The position numbers were made by a program, and so were the translations under genes. A stretch of 59,198 bases of DNA, counting the filler, from Sphacelaria rigidula (lineage: Eukaryota): the NCBI GenBank assembly GCA_964200075.2. It is 9 parts of 9 records of this genome, joined end to end, with 100 filler letters (N's around TTAATTAATTAA, not from the genome) between each part and the next. Parts side by side here need not be neighbours in the genome. Positions count along the whole stretch, not along the records: positions 19,768 to 26,256 come from CAXNAA020019779.1; positions 26,357 to 32,845 come from CAXNAA020019780.1; positions 32,946 to 39,434 come from CAXNAA020019781.1; 6 more parts are not named here. One strand, written 5' to 3'. Below, in pieces: positions 23,623-36,449 of this stretch; the first letter of the stretch is position 1, and every line of letters begins with the position of its first letter. A model generated the notes under the pieces. That model was not told the origin of the DNA. It saw only the letters and a list, made by a program, of their open reading frames with translations, and ran no database searches.

Positions 23623-26256
23623 CAGGAACCTAACAATTCATATCATTCTTCTTCATCACATATAACAATAGGGTTGTTCCATCCCGCGGTCATGCAGGGT
23701 ACCACACCAAATTCTCACGTCGAAAGGTGCCGGTGCCTGCACGCCAAGTGTTTCTGAGTACACGGACAATGCCAGCGGAATGACATTGGGAATCATAGGT
23801 GGTGTCCGTATCCCGGTAGATCTGGTGGAAAGCCTCCGTGCAATATTTACACATGTTGTCAACCCTGTTGTTCAGACCCACGGTCGGAAGCTGGAAGGCT
23901 TCTCACAGGCAGCAGGACAAGTTGTTTACCTAGTGTGACGACGAAAGCCGGCCACTGTTTTCAAGATCACTGCAGGTGCACACCTGAACGTCGGGCGTCC
24001 CCAACACAAAAAGACCGAGGAGGGTAGCGGTGGAAGTACAGGATAGCTGTGCAGCGTGTGCCATCGTGCTTAAGATCAGCCTGGGCAAGGCTATTTCTGC
24101 CTTGCTATCGCGTTCACAAATTTCTACCGAAGGAACACAGGTGAGTACCAAAACGCTCGAAGAGCAGCGTGTGTACAAGTGAGCGTGCGGCCCAAGTAGT
24201 TGGGCGACGGCAGAGTAGCCAACCACACTCATGTGCGCAGTACTTCCGCCTAACTTTTGGCGAAAGCTGAAGAGGCCACTCCGCTGAATTTTTTCTCGCT
24301 GGCAGAGACGAAAGCTTGAAAGTCCATCGTCGTGTTTCTAGAGCAAAGCGTCGTTTGAGGGAGACCCGTCAACTTGCCTGGGGGTGCTATTTTCCGTCAT
24401 ACCCGCTGGTGACACTTCTTCAGTGCTCTCCCACGCAGGATGCGGATTTCGTTGAAACCCAACAATCAGTTACATTTGTATCTGCTGACTTGGCAACAAC
24501 CACAAGCTACATTGATGTCCGTGTCGGCAGAAGAATACCCTGTGCCTTGTGCTTGAGCCGTTTCCCGCAGGACATCTGTCTAAAATTGGGTAGACATTCT
24601 GTATTCTGTCGCCGGCAGCTGTCGAGATACTGTATCGTCTACACTGTAATCAGATACACTGTTAAATATAACATGCCTTCGTTTGAAAATATCCTTTCCG
24701 ACCCCGACTGTGCGGTGGCACCGGTCCCGCCTGCATCGCATGACAACGTGGACGGTAGGGTCTAGTGTCCGTGTGAGTCGCTGTTCTGACGAGGCACGGC
24801 CTCCCAGATCATGTCGTTGGCGTGGCGATCATCGATCGCGCACTGCCAAATCCAAGCAAATGGGCGGAGTATGTATGCATCGACTTCTCACGATGCAACG
24901 CTGAAAATCATGCACAACAGTGCAACAACAGACATCAGAACAAGTAGTACAATATTGATTATATTACTTTAGATACGTAGATTCGTAGATTCATCATAGG
25001 GCATTACAAAACAGACAAAAGTACAGCAGCGTCGGAGTAATACACATCCCGTGCCAACCGCGGGGGAAAGTGAAGGGCAATGTTGAATTCGTGAGGAACG
25101 GAGAGACTGCAAAATACTACTCTGAACTGCACACTCGATAACAATGTTCCGCATTCGGTCAAGAGGTCTGGACGATACAACCAACATCTCTCCGATAGCA
25201 TTAGTACAATACAGTGCAGTACAGACAGTACGAACAACAACAGACACACAGCAGTTGTGCCGTTGCCCCGTGGGGATTTTCAAGACAACCAGGTGCAGCC
25301 CAAACAATGCAGATACGGTAAATACGCGCTTGGAAGTAATTGCTGCCTGGTGTTGACCCTCCCCGCCACATCTCCGGCAGCACAGTGCAGGTTACATGAC
25401 GAACAGCTATGGTCTTCATACGATGGATAACGCTGCAGGCATTCAGAGTTGGAGACCACGTTGGCGTACATCACGCACCGCTAGGGTCTTCGTAAAGCAG
25501 ACGGATACCGGTAATGCATTATAGCAGACACCCAGAGTGGCGCTGCAGCCTTCACAGTTTCCTTGTTTCACCAAAATGCGGGCCATGCTTCAGCGGTAGT
25601 TTTATTAATGGTATTTTGTTCACGGGTCATTTTTTTTCATTTTTTTCTTCTACTTTCTGGGAGAAGTTGAAAAACTCCCCCACAACCAAGTGTCTGTGGA
25701 GAAAAAAAATCGGACACGGAGCCCCTCCTCCCGGAGGACATTTTTTCGAAAAATGTCATGATTGTTGACCTTTTTTTTGTGATGTTTTTTTTATTTTATT
25801 TCTAGTTTGATTGAATTTGTTAAAAGATGATCAGCTAACACTGACAAAAACCGAAAAGTCTGGCGGGCTTTGCGAGGTTTGTATATTTGCTTCTGCTCCT
25901 TGCCCGCCCTGTCCCGATGAGCTCGGATGCCGGCGACGCCCACACACATCTATATACATTACACGAGCGCACGGTGGCGACAGCCTGTAGCCAAAGTAGC
26001 AATATTATCTCACGCTTCGCCAAATTTGCCCGGACTAATACAGTAGTAGTGGGTAGTCGAGGCACACGACACGGAACATGATCCTGTGAATGTAATAATG
26101 GTAGGTGATGAGCTTGGAGGAGCGGTGTGCCCGTCATCTCAGCAGTCTCCATGCCAAGGATATCTGTACACAGCAGCTGACCACATCCGCCAACGCCTCG
26201 ACATTAGGCTAGGGGAAAGCAGGCTGGGTGTCCCCCCCCCCCCCCCCCCCCACCCC

Positions 26257-26356
26257 NNNNNNNNNNNNNNNNNNNNNNNNNNNNNNNNNNNNNNNNNNNN
26301 TTAATTAATTAANNNNNNNNNNNNNNNNNNNNNNNNNNNNNNNNNNNNNNNNNNNN
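26257..26356. other. Artificial contig linker
   Basis: N44-TTAATTAATTAA-N44. Confidence 0.99.
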
Positions 26357-26479
26357 GGCGCAAAAGTTGCGTGGATACCCCTTGGACCAGCGATGCACGT
26401 TTTTCTCTCTTTTTGGCGATCAGGCCGAAGGAATCGTGACTTCGATGATTTTGAGTCGTGATGATTTGTCCTAACCGTG
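26357..26479 (-). mobile_element. Partial copy of the hAT MITE (see 47589-47842)
   Basis: Ends TGATTTGTCCTAACCGTG, the reverse complement of the MITE left terminus. Confidence 0.85.
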
Positions 26480-29165
26480 AAACCTTTGACTGAAACGTGC
26501 ACCCCCACCGTGGCATTACTCTACACGTCTGTCTAGTGACCACGAGCTGGGTACGCAGTCGACCCGTTTTATTAATGTGCGACAACTGATCGTCCACTAT
26601 AATTTCGTACATATCTGTGTTGGTGGATCGATCTCATGCTTCTTGTTTTTCGTTCTTTCGTACTACAGTACCGAGATGTCGATTGTCGTGGGTTTTGTTT
26701 TTTCATTTTCGTATTAGTTACGAAACGCCGACATATCGTCGTCGCGATTGTTTTGCGTTGTTTTCGATGCTTTAGGTGAAGCCCGTGCCGCATCATCTAT
26801 GCCATGCTTTGTTTTCTTCTGTTCATATACCCCCCATGTACGTGTACCTCTTCTGCGTTTACCCTTGCTCACTTGTTAGTGAGATATTCGGTCATCTTCC
26901 AAACTGATGTTTACGTGTATGTAGTTCGAGAAAAATAATTTGTCTTCTACACCTCTTCATTTTAGGTCCCCGAGAGAAGCTGAGTACAATCGAAAACGTC
27001 TTATGTGGGTGTACTCATGATATTGCATGCCGTAGTCATAAGACCAATGACCTCGCATCCCTACGAAGCCGAGACGGAGTACGCCGAGTTTTCGCCGGAC
27101 CAGGCTTGCACTCAATCATCAAGCGCAAAGCACGGTGGTGTGTTTGGCGAGTCGCGAGAAGGGTGAGCTCCATCCTGCTAAGATTGATGCTCGACTCGAA
27201 GTGTACTGACTATCTTGAATGTTGATGACAGCGTCGAACGAGTTGCTTCATTTTCTGGTATCACCACTTCCAGAGACAGGCACGGGTGACACACTGCCTC
27301 ATGGATGTCTCACCATGTAAAAGTAGTACGATCATCTCGTTCGTGCGGAGTTGAGGTTCTCCCACCTCGCACAATTTGATCTAGCTCGACCACCATCATG
27401 GTTACCCACAAAAAACGAAAGCGCGCAGAAAACCCCGGAAACCTGGTTGCCTAGCTTACGCACTGAGTGGCGTGTTTTACAGCGTCGCTGCCAACCGACA
27501 CCAACCCTTGACGGAACACAAATCTTGAGCGGGGCGATGGCTGTGCCATTAGGATTGTTTCGGCTCTGGGCTGTTTTGCAGGGAGATAGGGTGAAGTCCA
27601 GGGTAAGATCCAGGGGAGAGACATCAGGGGTAAATATCGACGAAACTAGAGCTCGTCCTAAGGACTGAATGCACGGTGGGGGGAAAAAAAGCGTGCTTTG
27701 TGGTGTTGTCGGTTGCCGTACGCCCGACATGAATAATGATAATTTTCCCGCGTTAAGGATGTGTGCTGTATGTGCTTGCTGTATATCTTTTTCCGTCGTC
27801 TCACTGGACACGGAATCACGAAGGTCGTGTATTTTCAGCTTTGTTTCAGTTATTATTATTGTTAATAGTAGTAGTAGTAGTATCATGTTCGTCACATTAG
27901 CTTGAGCTCTCGAACCCGTGGTCACAGAGTGCAAGGAGCATACCACCCATACTCATAAGTCAAACAGCCCGCAGAGGAAGGCAAGAAACAAAACATCTAC
28001 ACGAAGAAGGCATCTACATTACGATAGATTCGTAGAAGACCGATTGAACTACAGGAGACCTACTGGAATCTAAAAAGTCCCCGCCTGCGGTATCTCCGAC
28101 TACCTTGCCACGTACTGGTGTATACACCGAGTAGTAACAGCGAGTTAGCCGATAACCGAAACGGCCGCGTAGAACAGAGACAAATCCCCAAATAGATCCA
28201 CTGTCTAGAGTGCTGTTCAAAGAGATCCTCTACAGAGCTTGCGCACCGGAGACTGAACAACGTCAGATAGGAAGATCCAAAAAAGACACGAAGAACAAAG
28301 AGGGAAGAGCCGATGGCAAAGAGGAGGGAAACCCAGGAACTACGATCTCCCTCGGGTTCTGGTCAAGTAGCATCGTTATGGAAACACAACAGACAGGGCG
28401 TGTCTAGCCTACACCCGGCATAGCGCTATCAGCAAGAAACAGAATCTGTTCAGAGTGTCCTATATTCAACCATGAAAACATGGGATACCACCTTTACGTA
28501 GTGTCCACAACGAACAACTATCAGAAACCCAACAGTAAAATAATATTCCGCCCTCAACGAAATTAGCAGCCAGCTCTGCTCTTTTCCGCTGCGAGGTCCT
28601 CTGCGAAGTTGACTGCCTGATGCTCCCATCTGCCCTCACCAGCGTCCATGGCCAACCCAACCGCCCATCCTCGCCGATGTCCATGATCCCAAACAGTGCC
28701 CCCTCTACTTCCGTTCGTGATGAAACACTTCCTCCTTCGTTTTGTACTCTGGTGCTGGTCTGTAGTTAGTGTCTCGTCCAGAAGGCTCAACTAGACCTAA
28801 CGTGTCCGTCGACGACCGCTCCTCCTCCATCCTTGTCGCTGGAACCAGTCTACACATCGGCACACGCTCCTTTGTATCAAGCGTGTGCGTGCCAGCTTTC
28901 GACAGCGGTGCCAACTGCCTCCGCGCACACACCGTATCCCAACATGCCCGCACTCAGGGTGTTGACGCATTATAATGCTTGTAACGCAGGATATGCCCAC
29001 ACGAAGTGTGTGACATATTATACCGCTGCACAATAACAGGGGTGGGTGTGCCTGATGTGCACCGTGCCGACCCAACTCTACCACCACACCACGGTCTTGG
29101 CCAAGGGTAGTATTGAGAAGGAATCACGCCTCCATGGTGATTCCGGCCCTACACCCGCGGAAAAG

Positions 29166-29167
<2 letters not shown>

Positions 29168-29228
<61 letters not shown>

Positions 29229-29378
29229 CGCGCGGGGGGGCGGGGAGGGGAGCGACACGCCTGCATAACGGGTTCGTCACCGGANNNNNNNNNNGGGAAA
29301 AGAGAGAAGCAGCCCCCCCCCCGGGCCACCCCCCCCCCCCCCCCCCCCCCCACCCCCCCCCCCCCCCCCCCCCCCCCA
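29168..29378. repeat. Poly-C tracts around a 10-N gap (29285-29294); low-quality or low-complexity sequence
   Basis: Visible homopolymers and Ns. Confidence 0.9.
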
Positions 29379-29956
29379 CGCCGTACCGACAAGACCGGTC
29401 ATGGCCTTCGTTGGAGGGCGGGGAACGGAGATTTATATCAGTATCTGGTCATAATTAAGGTTTCAGCGTCCGGACGCTGAGAGTGTAGTGCAGTGTAGTG
29501 TGCTGCACTGTGCTGTATTTTCATTTTTCACAAGTCTCCTCATCCTCCTTCACGGGCCCAGTCTGGTACGCCGACAGATCAACCCACATCGCCATCGTTA
29601 CAGTATCGGCCGTGTTGATTGATTGATCTGCTACTGAACTGTGTACTTGACTATCATGGAGCATATTTATCAGACTTGATTATGAGGAATTGTGTCACCG
29701 CCCTTCGTTTTTGTTGTGGAGAGAACGCCCACATGAACAGACGGGGGTTTCGGGTTCGAGGGGTGGTGAAACGATTACCAGGCGATCCGTGTGTCAGTAG
29801 TCCTTTGTGCGTGAGCCGCGAACGGATCGCAGTGGATCGCAGTGGACGTGGTAGGCGTCGATTTTTTGAGCGGTGCTTGTAGTTAAGGCGGGAAGATGTT
29901 GTGAGTTTATGTACCCTGTGGGCGTGCTGTCGTGCGTTCGAGCGTCACATCGAATG

Positions 29957-30371
29957 CTCGCAAACTCAAACATGATTGATGATTATCATCCTTGATACCT
30001 ATCCATCTTCTGACAGTCTCGCCACGAGATCTTGATGAAATTATCGACCAAGACTAGTCTCAAACTCAAAAATATCTCATGATAATCATCATCCATAACA
30101 TCCATCCATCTCCTGACAGTCCCATCACGACATCTTGCTTAAACTATATACCAAGACTAGTCACACACTCGAGCGTAGCCGGTGGCAATCATCATCCGTA
30201 AAATCCATCCATTACGTCACAGTCCCGCCACAAATTCTAGAGCTGATATTACCGACAAACACTAGTCGCAAGCTCAAAAATATCTGAATGTCACCATCAT
30301 CCAGCACATTCATTCATCACCTGACAGTCCCGCCACGGAATCTTGACCTGATATTATGGACCAAGAATGGT
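29957..30371 (+). repeat. Diverged ~104-bp tandem repeat, 4 units
   Basis: ATCATCC...ATCCAT...ACAGTC.C..CAC....CT.G...ACCAAGACTAGT recurs; ACTAGT at 30053, 30156 and 30261. Confidence 0.9.
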
Positions 30372-30701
30372 ACTTTTAGGGATAATTATTTGAGCTCTAT
30401 GTCCAAGCTACAGGCCATGTATCCAGTATCGACTGATTGACGCTCTAACCCCCCAGAGCTACGAGACTGTGAGCGCGCAGGTAGTCGGAAAATTTGGAAC
30501 AACCCGAAAAATTAACGGCCTAATGAATAAATACCTGGAGACGTCAGACTAGAAGATTTCCTGTACAGTACCGAATCCCCCTTTTCGTCTGGTTCTTGCT
30601 CACTGCTGCATTTTGTTCCGTTCCGCGTTTGCGTGTGTGCGTCTTTGTGTGTTTTTCCTTGCTTTCCTTTCGTGTTTTTCACGTGCCTGCGGAAAGAAAA
30701 G

Positions 30702-30821
30702 GTGGGGTTCGAGTCTCACGCCCATCGTGTAACGTCGGACAAGATGGCGGCCACACCGGATGAGGTCAAAACTTTTCTCGCCGCCCTAGATGTCGCCACA
30801 AAAGAGCAGGCGGAGCGTGAG
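30702..30821 (+). CDS. MIPEP: Internal exon of an M3 family metallopeptidase (mitochondrial intermediate peptidase-like)
   Basis: aag|GTG...GAG|gtgat, phase 0/0; VGFESHAHRVTSDKMAATPDEVKTFLAALDVATKEQAERE fits the M3A pattern G..S.AH......MA..P..V..FL..L. Confidence 0.85.
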
Positions 30822-31927
30822 GTGATGCTCGATACTCATATTGTTTTGAGGAAACGGAGGGTCCTGTTTTGATACCCTCCCACACATATCAGTGTCAAGA
30901 TATATTCACGTGAAAGTGGGACTCTCGCGATTGATTACCCCCAGTTCCCCCCAACTTGAAGAATCCTGAATTGCCAAGTATTACGGTTCTTTGTTGACCC
31001 TTCCCACACTCATTCATCTATTAGTTTCGAGAAAAAAATCAAACTTGAAAGTACTGTGTGCTTACGCCGCTGAACAACCCAAACCGGGGGCGATGTGGCT
31101 CGCTTCAACACTAATCTTTTCCACGGCAGCGAGGCATATCCGCACGATTTGCTGCGTTGTATGTACTCTCTTGTCATCTATTTTAGTGCCCGTGTAGTAA
31201 ACCATTGCACACTCTGGACAGTATATGGTCAACAGTTGCAATATACATATACAAGAAAATGCTGCGTAAAATACACGCCTATTGTAACTATTTGTCGATA
31301 TTCTACCACGTCAAGTATAGGCCTATTGCAGCTATTGCCGGGCTGAGGGTAGTTGCAATAGGCCTGTACTTCGGCGGTAAAGTGTTTTTCCATTCCAGCT
31401 ATTGACCACATATCATCCAGGGTTTGAAAAGTTTGGATTATCCCTTCCAAAATTGCGGTTTGTTTTGTTTTGCCCTGTGAAACGCTCAAGAACTTGTCTG
31501 TTTTTTTTTTATTTGCCACCGCCACTCGCTGTGCTCGCTGACTCGTATGCAATATATAAGAAACTGCTATCCTTTCCTTTTCCTTCTCGTTCCGAATACG
31601 AGGATATGAAAGATGCCGTTTCTGTCGGGGTTCGAAATCGCAACCCTCCACCCTCTGTAATGGAATACCAGTGTATGAGTGAGTTACACCGCCTGGGTGC
31701 GGCGACATGTCTTACTTTCACTAGTGTCTGCTACCCTTGAGCGAGTGTTTACATTTTCTTTTGTCTCGGGTATGCCTATCATGTGACCACGGAAGACCAG
31801 CTGCTGTGCGACAATCAACCAATCAATCAGTAATAAGGATATGCCGGCCGTGTGTTTCCTTCAATTTTACTTGCGGTTGTTGCGAGTACCCTCGGCTATC
31901 CTTGTTCACCTGTTGAACGACGAGCAG

Positions 31928-32025
31928 ATGGAGAAGCTGAGGAAGGCGAAATTGCAGGCAGAGGGCACGTCTGAGCTTTTCTTGTGGGATCTGAGCTACT
32001 ACATGGGCGTGGTCAAATCTCGAGA
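31928..32025 (+). CDS. MIPEP: Next exon of the M3 peptidase (MIP-like)
   Basis: cag|ATG...AGA|gtgag; in phase with the previous exon; MEKLRKAKLQAEGTSELFLWDLSYYMGVVKSR contains the WD..YY motif of M3A peptidases. Confidence 0.85.
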
Positions 32026-32845
32026 GTGAGGAATGAATCACTAAGTAGGGCTTCAAGGCCGTCTCATGGTGGTGGGGGTAAGGGGGAGGGAGGGGAGGGG
32101 GGTGCACTCGTGATCTTGCTTGCCCTAGTCATAAGATTATTGACCTCACATCACTGCGACCAGGGATGAAGCACTCCGGGTTTCTCCAGACTAGGCTTAC
32201 AAGTATTCACCAAGCGCGAAGCGCCGTGCTGTGTCGATCGGCGAGTCGCATGAGGGGTGATCCTGGATCTTGCTAAGCTTGTTCGTCCCGAAACGCGTGA
32301 TTTTTTTTGGATTTGGATGACAGCCTCCAATGAGTTGCTTCATTATCGGGTATCGCCACTTCCAGAGATAGCCACGGCTTGCACCTCCCCCCCTTTCGAG
32401 GACGCAGCGCAGTGAGAGTGCGGGGGAGGGGAGGGGAGGGGGGGGTGCGACGATATTGGTTTACCGAGGATACATTCACCCTGAAGCATTCCTAGAGGCA
32501 ATACAGTGGCACTTTACGATGCCTTTGATCGATATTGGAGCTCACCACATCTTTATTTGTCATCGATACGTCGTTTTCTTTTCAAGTTTATAGCGGTAAG
32601 CTCATCATCGCGAACCCCAGTGTGGTGATGCCAGCTGACACTAGAGAACATAGACACACGCATGTATATGTATACACATGTGTAGTCGTATCTTTGACCC
32701 TCCCTTTCCTTAAGACTGGTGTGTAGGCTCGAGCGATCAACCCATTTCCCCCCGGTATATGCCTGACATTTTGTATCGCGGATCAGATCAATACTCTCGC
32801 ACCGCCCCCCCCCCCACCCCCCCCCACAACCCCCACCCACCCACC

Positions 32846-32945
32846 NNNNNNNNNNNNNNNNNNNNNNNNNNNNNNNNNNNNNNNNNNNNTTAATTAATTA
32901 ANNNNNNNNNNNNNNNNNNNNNNNNNNNNNNNNNNNNNNNNNNNN
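32846..32945. other. Artificial contig linker
   Basis: N44-TTAATTAATTAA-N44. Confidence 0.99.
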
Positions 32946-32946
32946 G

Positions 32947-33090
32947 GGGATTTAGAGCCTTCCATTCCCCCAAAGGGTATGTGCGAAAGCACATTTTTGC
33001 CTCGATTTCGGGGTGAAAAAAGGACTTTTTTTGCCCCCAAAATCGTGCTTTCGCACATACCCTCAGGGAGAACGGAAGGCTAGAAATCCC
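32947..33090. repeat. Inverted repeat (~45-bp arms) at the contig start, MITE-like
   Basis: GGGATTT..AGCCTTCC.TTC.CC..AGGGTATGTGCGAAAGCAC pairs with GTGCTTTCGCACATACCCT...GGAAGGCT..AAATCCC. Confidence 0.85.
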
Positions 33091-35248
33091 TCAAAATGGT
33101 TTTAGGGAGGTCGGAAGGGATGGGGTGGTCCATATGCAAGTCATTTGTCATGAATGTAGGTCAGGGAAAGCAACCTAATTCTTTTTTCAACCCCATTTTC
33201 GAGAACCCACTGTTATCACCACCACTACCACCATCACGTGAAAATATTCATCGACCAACGGAGGCCCTACCTCGCTGAAAATCAAACAGGCTAGAAAAAA
33301 GCAATGCCAAAGGAGATACTCATGGACCATTAATATCAATTACAGACAGAGCTCTCAGCCTTTAGAGCACGCGCAAACAGAATCTTTGCACAGAAAAAAG
33401 TGGAGCAAATAGTCGGGACATATTTTACACATTTCCCACTTACAAGATGGACGTCAAGAAGATGTTCAAGTTAGGTTCCAGAGAATTGTCGACCAGGAGG
33501 CCATGGAAGGCGTTATCCCGCTTGACCAAAAAGCATACGAATGCCACCACCACTTCGATCGGCACCTCACGTAGAACCTCATCGAACATGAGGTGAGCTC
33601 CGAGCTCGCCAGTACATCGCAAGAAATACTCCTGCCACATGGGTTTTCATTGCAAGGGGAACGTGCAGACTGCTGTGAAACAAGCGCGCCCACCTAGAAA
33701 GATTTGCCTTTCGTTATCAGTCATGGGTATGGGTCATATGCTCCTCGCACTTTGTGACCACGGGTTCGAGAGATCGAGCTAATATGACGAACACCGGCGC
33801 GGCAGGATCACGGTGCAGGAGAGACCGACCGCTGGATACCCCAGCGAACTCCATGAGAGACGCTTCTTTCCCACAGTATCGGACATTGTACTTTACATTA
33901 ATATACTCCGCGGAGTACATGTTTTCGTCATACTCTAAACGTCTCCCCTTCCTCGGGACGAATCCGTAGTCTCAAGGGATCAACTGATCTCCCCGGCGGT
34001 ACATCACTTACGCTTTGATACCGCGAACTGGATCATGACCAGCACTTCCGCACCGCGTCACTTCGCGTTGAAAAACAAATATTTTTCTACTCGCGACCTC
34101 ACGCCATATAAGATTGAAAAAGCGATAATTCTCGAGACAAAAACTCATCGCACAGATTCCACATGTGCCCCTATGCATACTCCCCTTCCTGACCATCTAA
34201 TCAACCATTGAATCAATCATCCGACCGACCGAAGATCCCACAATCATCCTGTCTATGCTTCCGTCCCTAGGCAAGCCTCGGTATGGGTAGTTTTCTCTTA
34301 CAAAAAATACAGGTACCTCTGAGCAATTTTTAGCTGGAGAAAAATCCGATATACCTGGACGAAGATTCTGCTTGTCTCCACTATATCCTCCGCCGAGTTG
34401 TGGTAGAACAGCTTGACTTCATCCAAGCGTCGGTGCAAGGCTTTCAAGGCCTGCAGAGGTATTGATTTGCGGGGAACTGAAAAGTAACACTAGCGTTCGA
34501 GGGTCACGTATAATATAGAAAGGATGAATCTCGGAGCTCGGCTCGTGGTGTGTAACAACACGAGCTAGGAGGTAAGTTTTGTGCTTTGTGTTTTCGTGTT
34601 CATTTAATAGCGATATATATGCTATGAAGGCCCAAGGATAAGTGTGCGGCGCATTACTTGAAGAAAGAGTATCATTGAGGGTATCTCAAACTCAAGATTC
34701 CCGTGCACTGTACAGAAATTTACCGATAAATATGCCGGGAACCTCGAGGTTTGATATATCTCTACTGCCGGTTCGTCATGTTTGCATGTGTTGACCAGGC
34801 AGAATCTTTTGAATGGTCGTTCCTTTACTCGACCTGTTGAACAGTGGTTCTGTGGTGATGCATCGAGCACCAGACAAGAAAAACCCTAATGAAGAGAGCC
34901 ATTTTTTCAACTTGACGGTATGAACCTTGAGTTGACATCATCGACCTATATATATGCTAGGCTCGTTTGAGTCTTGAAAGAGGCCGATACAGGCCGTTTC
35001 TAGCACAGCAGTATTTTAAAGTGGGTTTCGATCCTTGAATTTAATGTCAGTGTGGGCCTGGAAAACTGCACCTCAAAGTGTGGTATTCAAACATACTGCG
35101 TGTCCTCGAATGCGCATGTCTTCGAGTTGGTAGTGGTCATGACAAGAACAAATGCGTAAGCAAAACAAATCACACTGAGTATTATATGCGCGGCTTACGA
35201 CGCCTTTGTAGCTATCTAAGGAGGTGGATGTTCGACGTTTTTACTTAG

Positions 35249-35557
35249 TTCTGCGAGAAATGTCCCCAATTTTCCACACGGACGTTTTAGTTGTCAAACT
35301 TGAGAACACTATCAACAAAAAATGGAAAAATGGGGAACTTCACTCCTAAATATCGAACTTTGATATTTATCGAACCTAACGACTCACCCAACCAACAACC
35401 TCCCTTCTGCGATAAATGTCCTCAATTTTCAGACTGAAGTTGCAGTTTTCAAAGTTGAGAAGAACATCAGCGAGAAATCGAAAAATGGGAAGCTTCACTC
35501 TGAAATCTCAAACTTCGAGATCTATCGACACTGACGACTCACCCAACCAACACCCTT
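35249..35557 (+). repeat. 156-bp tandem duplication
   Basis: TTCTGCGA.AAATGTCC.CAATTTTC...GAAAAATGGG...CTTCACTC...ACGACTCACCCAACCAACA.CC occurs twice. Confidence 0.9.
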
Positions 35558-36402
35558 GACGCTGTTCTCGATTCCCTGAGCTTCGGCGCCAAAAGCTCCA
35601 GACTGTACGTATTGGCTTGCGAAAATCTTGTCTAGATCCTGCACAGGCGATGAGAAGTTGCGCAAAGAATCCAGGAATACACCAAACTTCAGGCCAAGTC
35701 AGTCTCATGTAATCGTGACTTGTTGTCAACTGGCCGCAGTCACTCCTTGTGGTGGTTTGTCGTAAGCGTCATTGGGTTAACACGTCTCGACAGAGCAAGA
35801 GCAAACGTAACACTCCTCAGAGAGCATACACATGTACTTATCGCGAGAGGCATGCACCGTGCAAGCACACGGCAGAGCACGCCAGTGGTGCCGAACAGAA
35901 GAAAAATAATTGGTGGTCAAGGTGAGCACGAGCGCGACATACGTCGATACCCGACCGACATAACACGACCAAACGTTAGAACGACACGGATATTGTCTGT
36001 TCCCCGGTGTAACTTTACGTAGCCATCGAGTACTCGGTGTAAAGCAATGATGCACAAAGCGGATACCCTTCCCGCATGCTGTTGTTTTTCTTCATACACA
36101 CTGCCGTGTATTTACACATCTCCTGGTTGTCACACGTTTCCCGACCATTCCTATCGCATCTCTATCAGGGACCAGCATGGAATCAGGTGTCTGACTTTTT
36201 AGTTATTTAGACAAACGTTTATGGATACCTTGTTCTCATGGTTAAACCAATTCCCTCAAGTGGTCAATCACGCGGTTCGTTGCTAAAACGGCGCAAGCAT
36301 AAGCCTACTTGACACCCGCACACCGGAGAGGTTATTATCGTCGTTACTAACATCACTTTTGTTATTGTTACTGTGATTGTTACTAACATCCTTGTTGCTG
36401 TT

Positions 36403-36403
<1 letters not shown>

Positions 36404-36449
<46 letters not shown>
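36404..36449. repeat. (TTG)n microsatellite
   Basis: Visible repeat. Confidence 0.97.

Noticed and set aside
28010..28480. Solo LTR
   Set aside because: One end reads TG on the minus strand, but no second copy, PBS, PPT or TSD could be shown
29046..29480. Proline-rich or glycine-rich protein ORFs
   Set aside because: They are translations of poly-C tracts around an N gap
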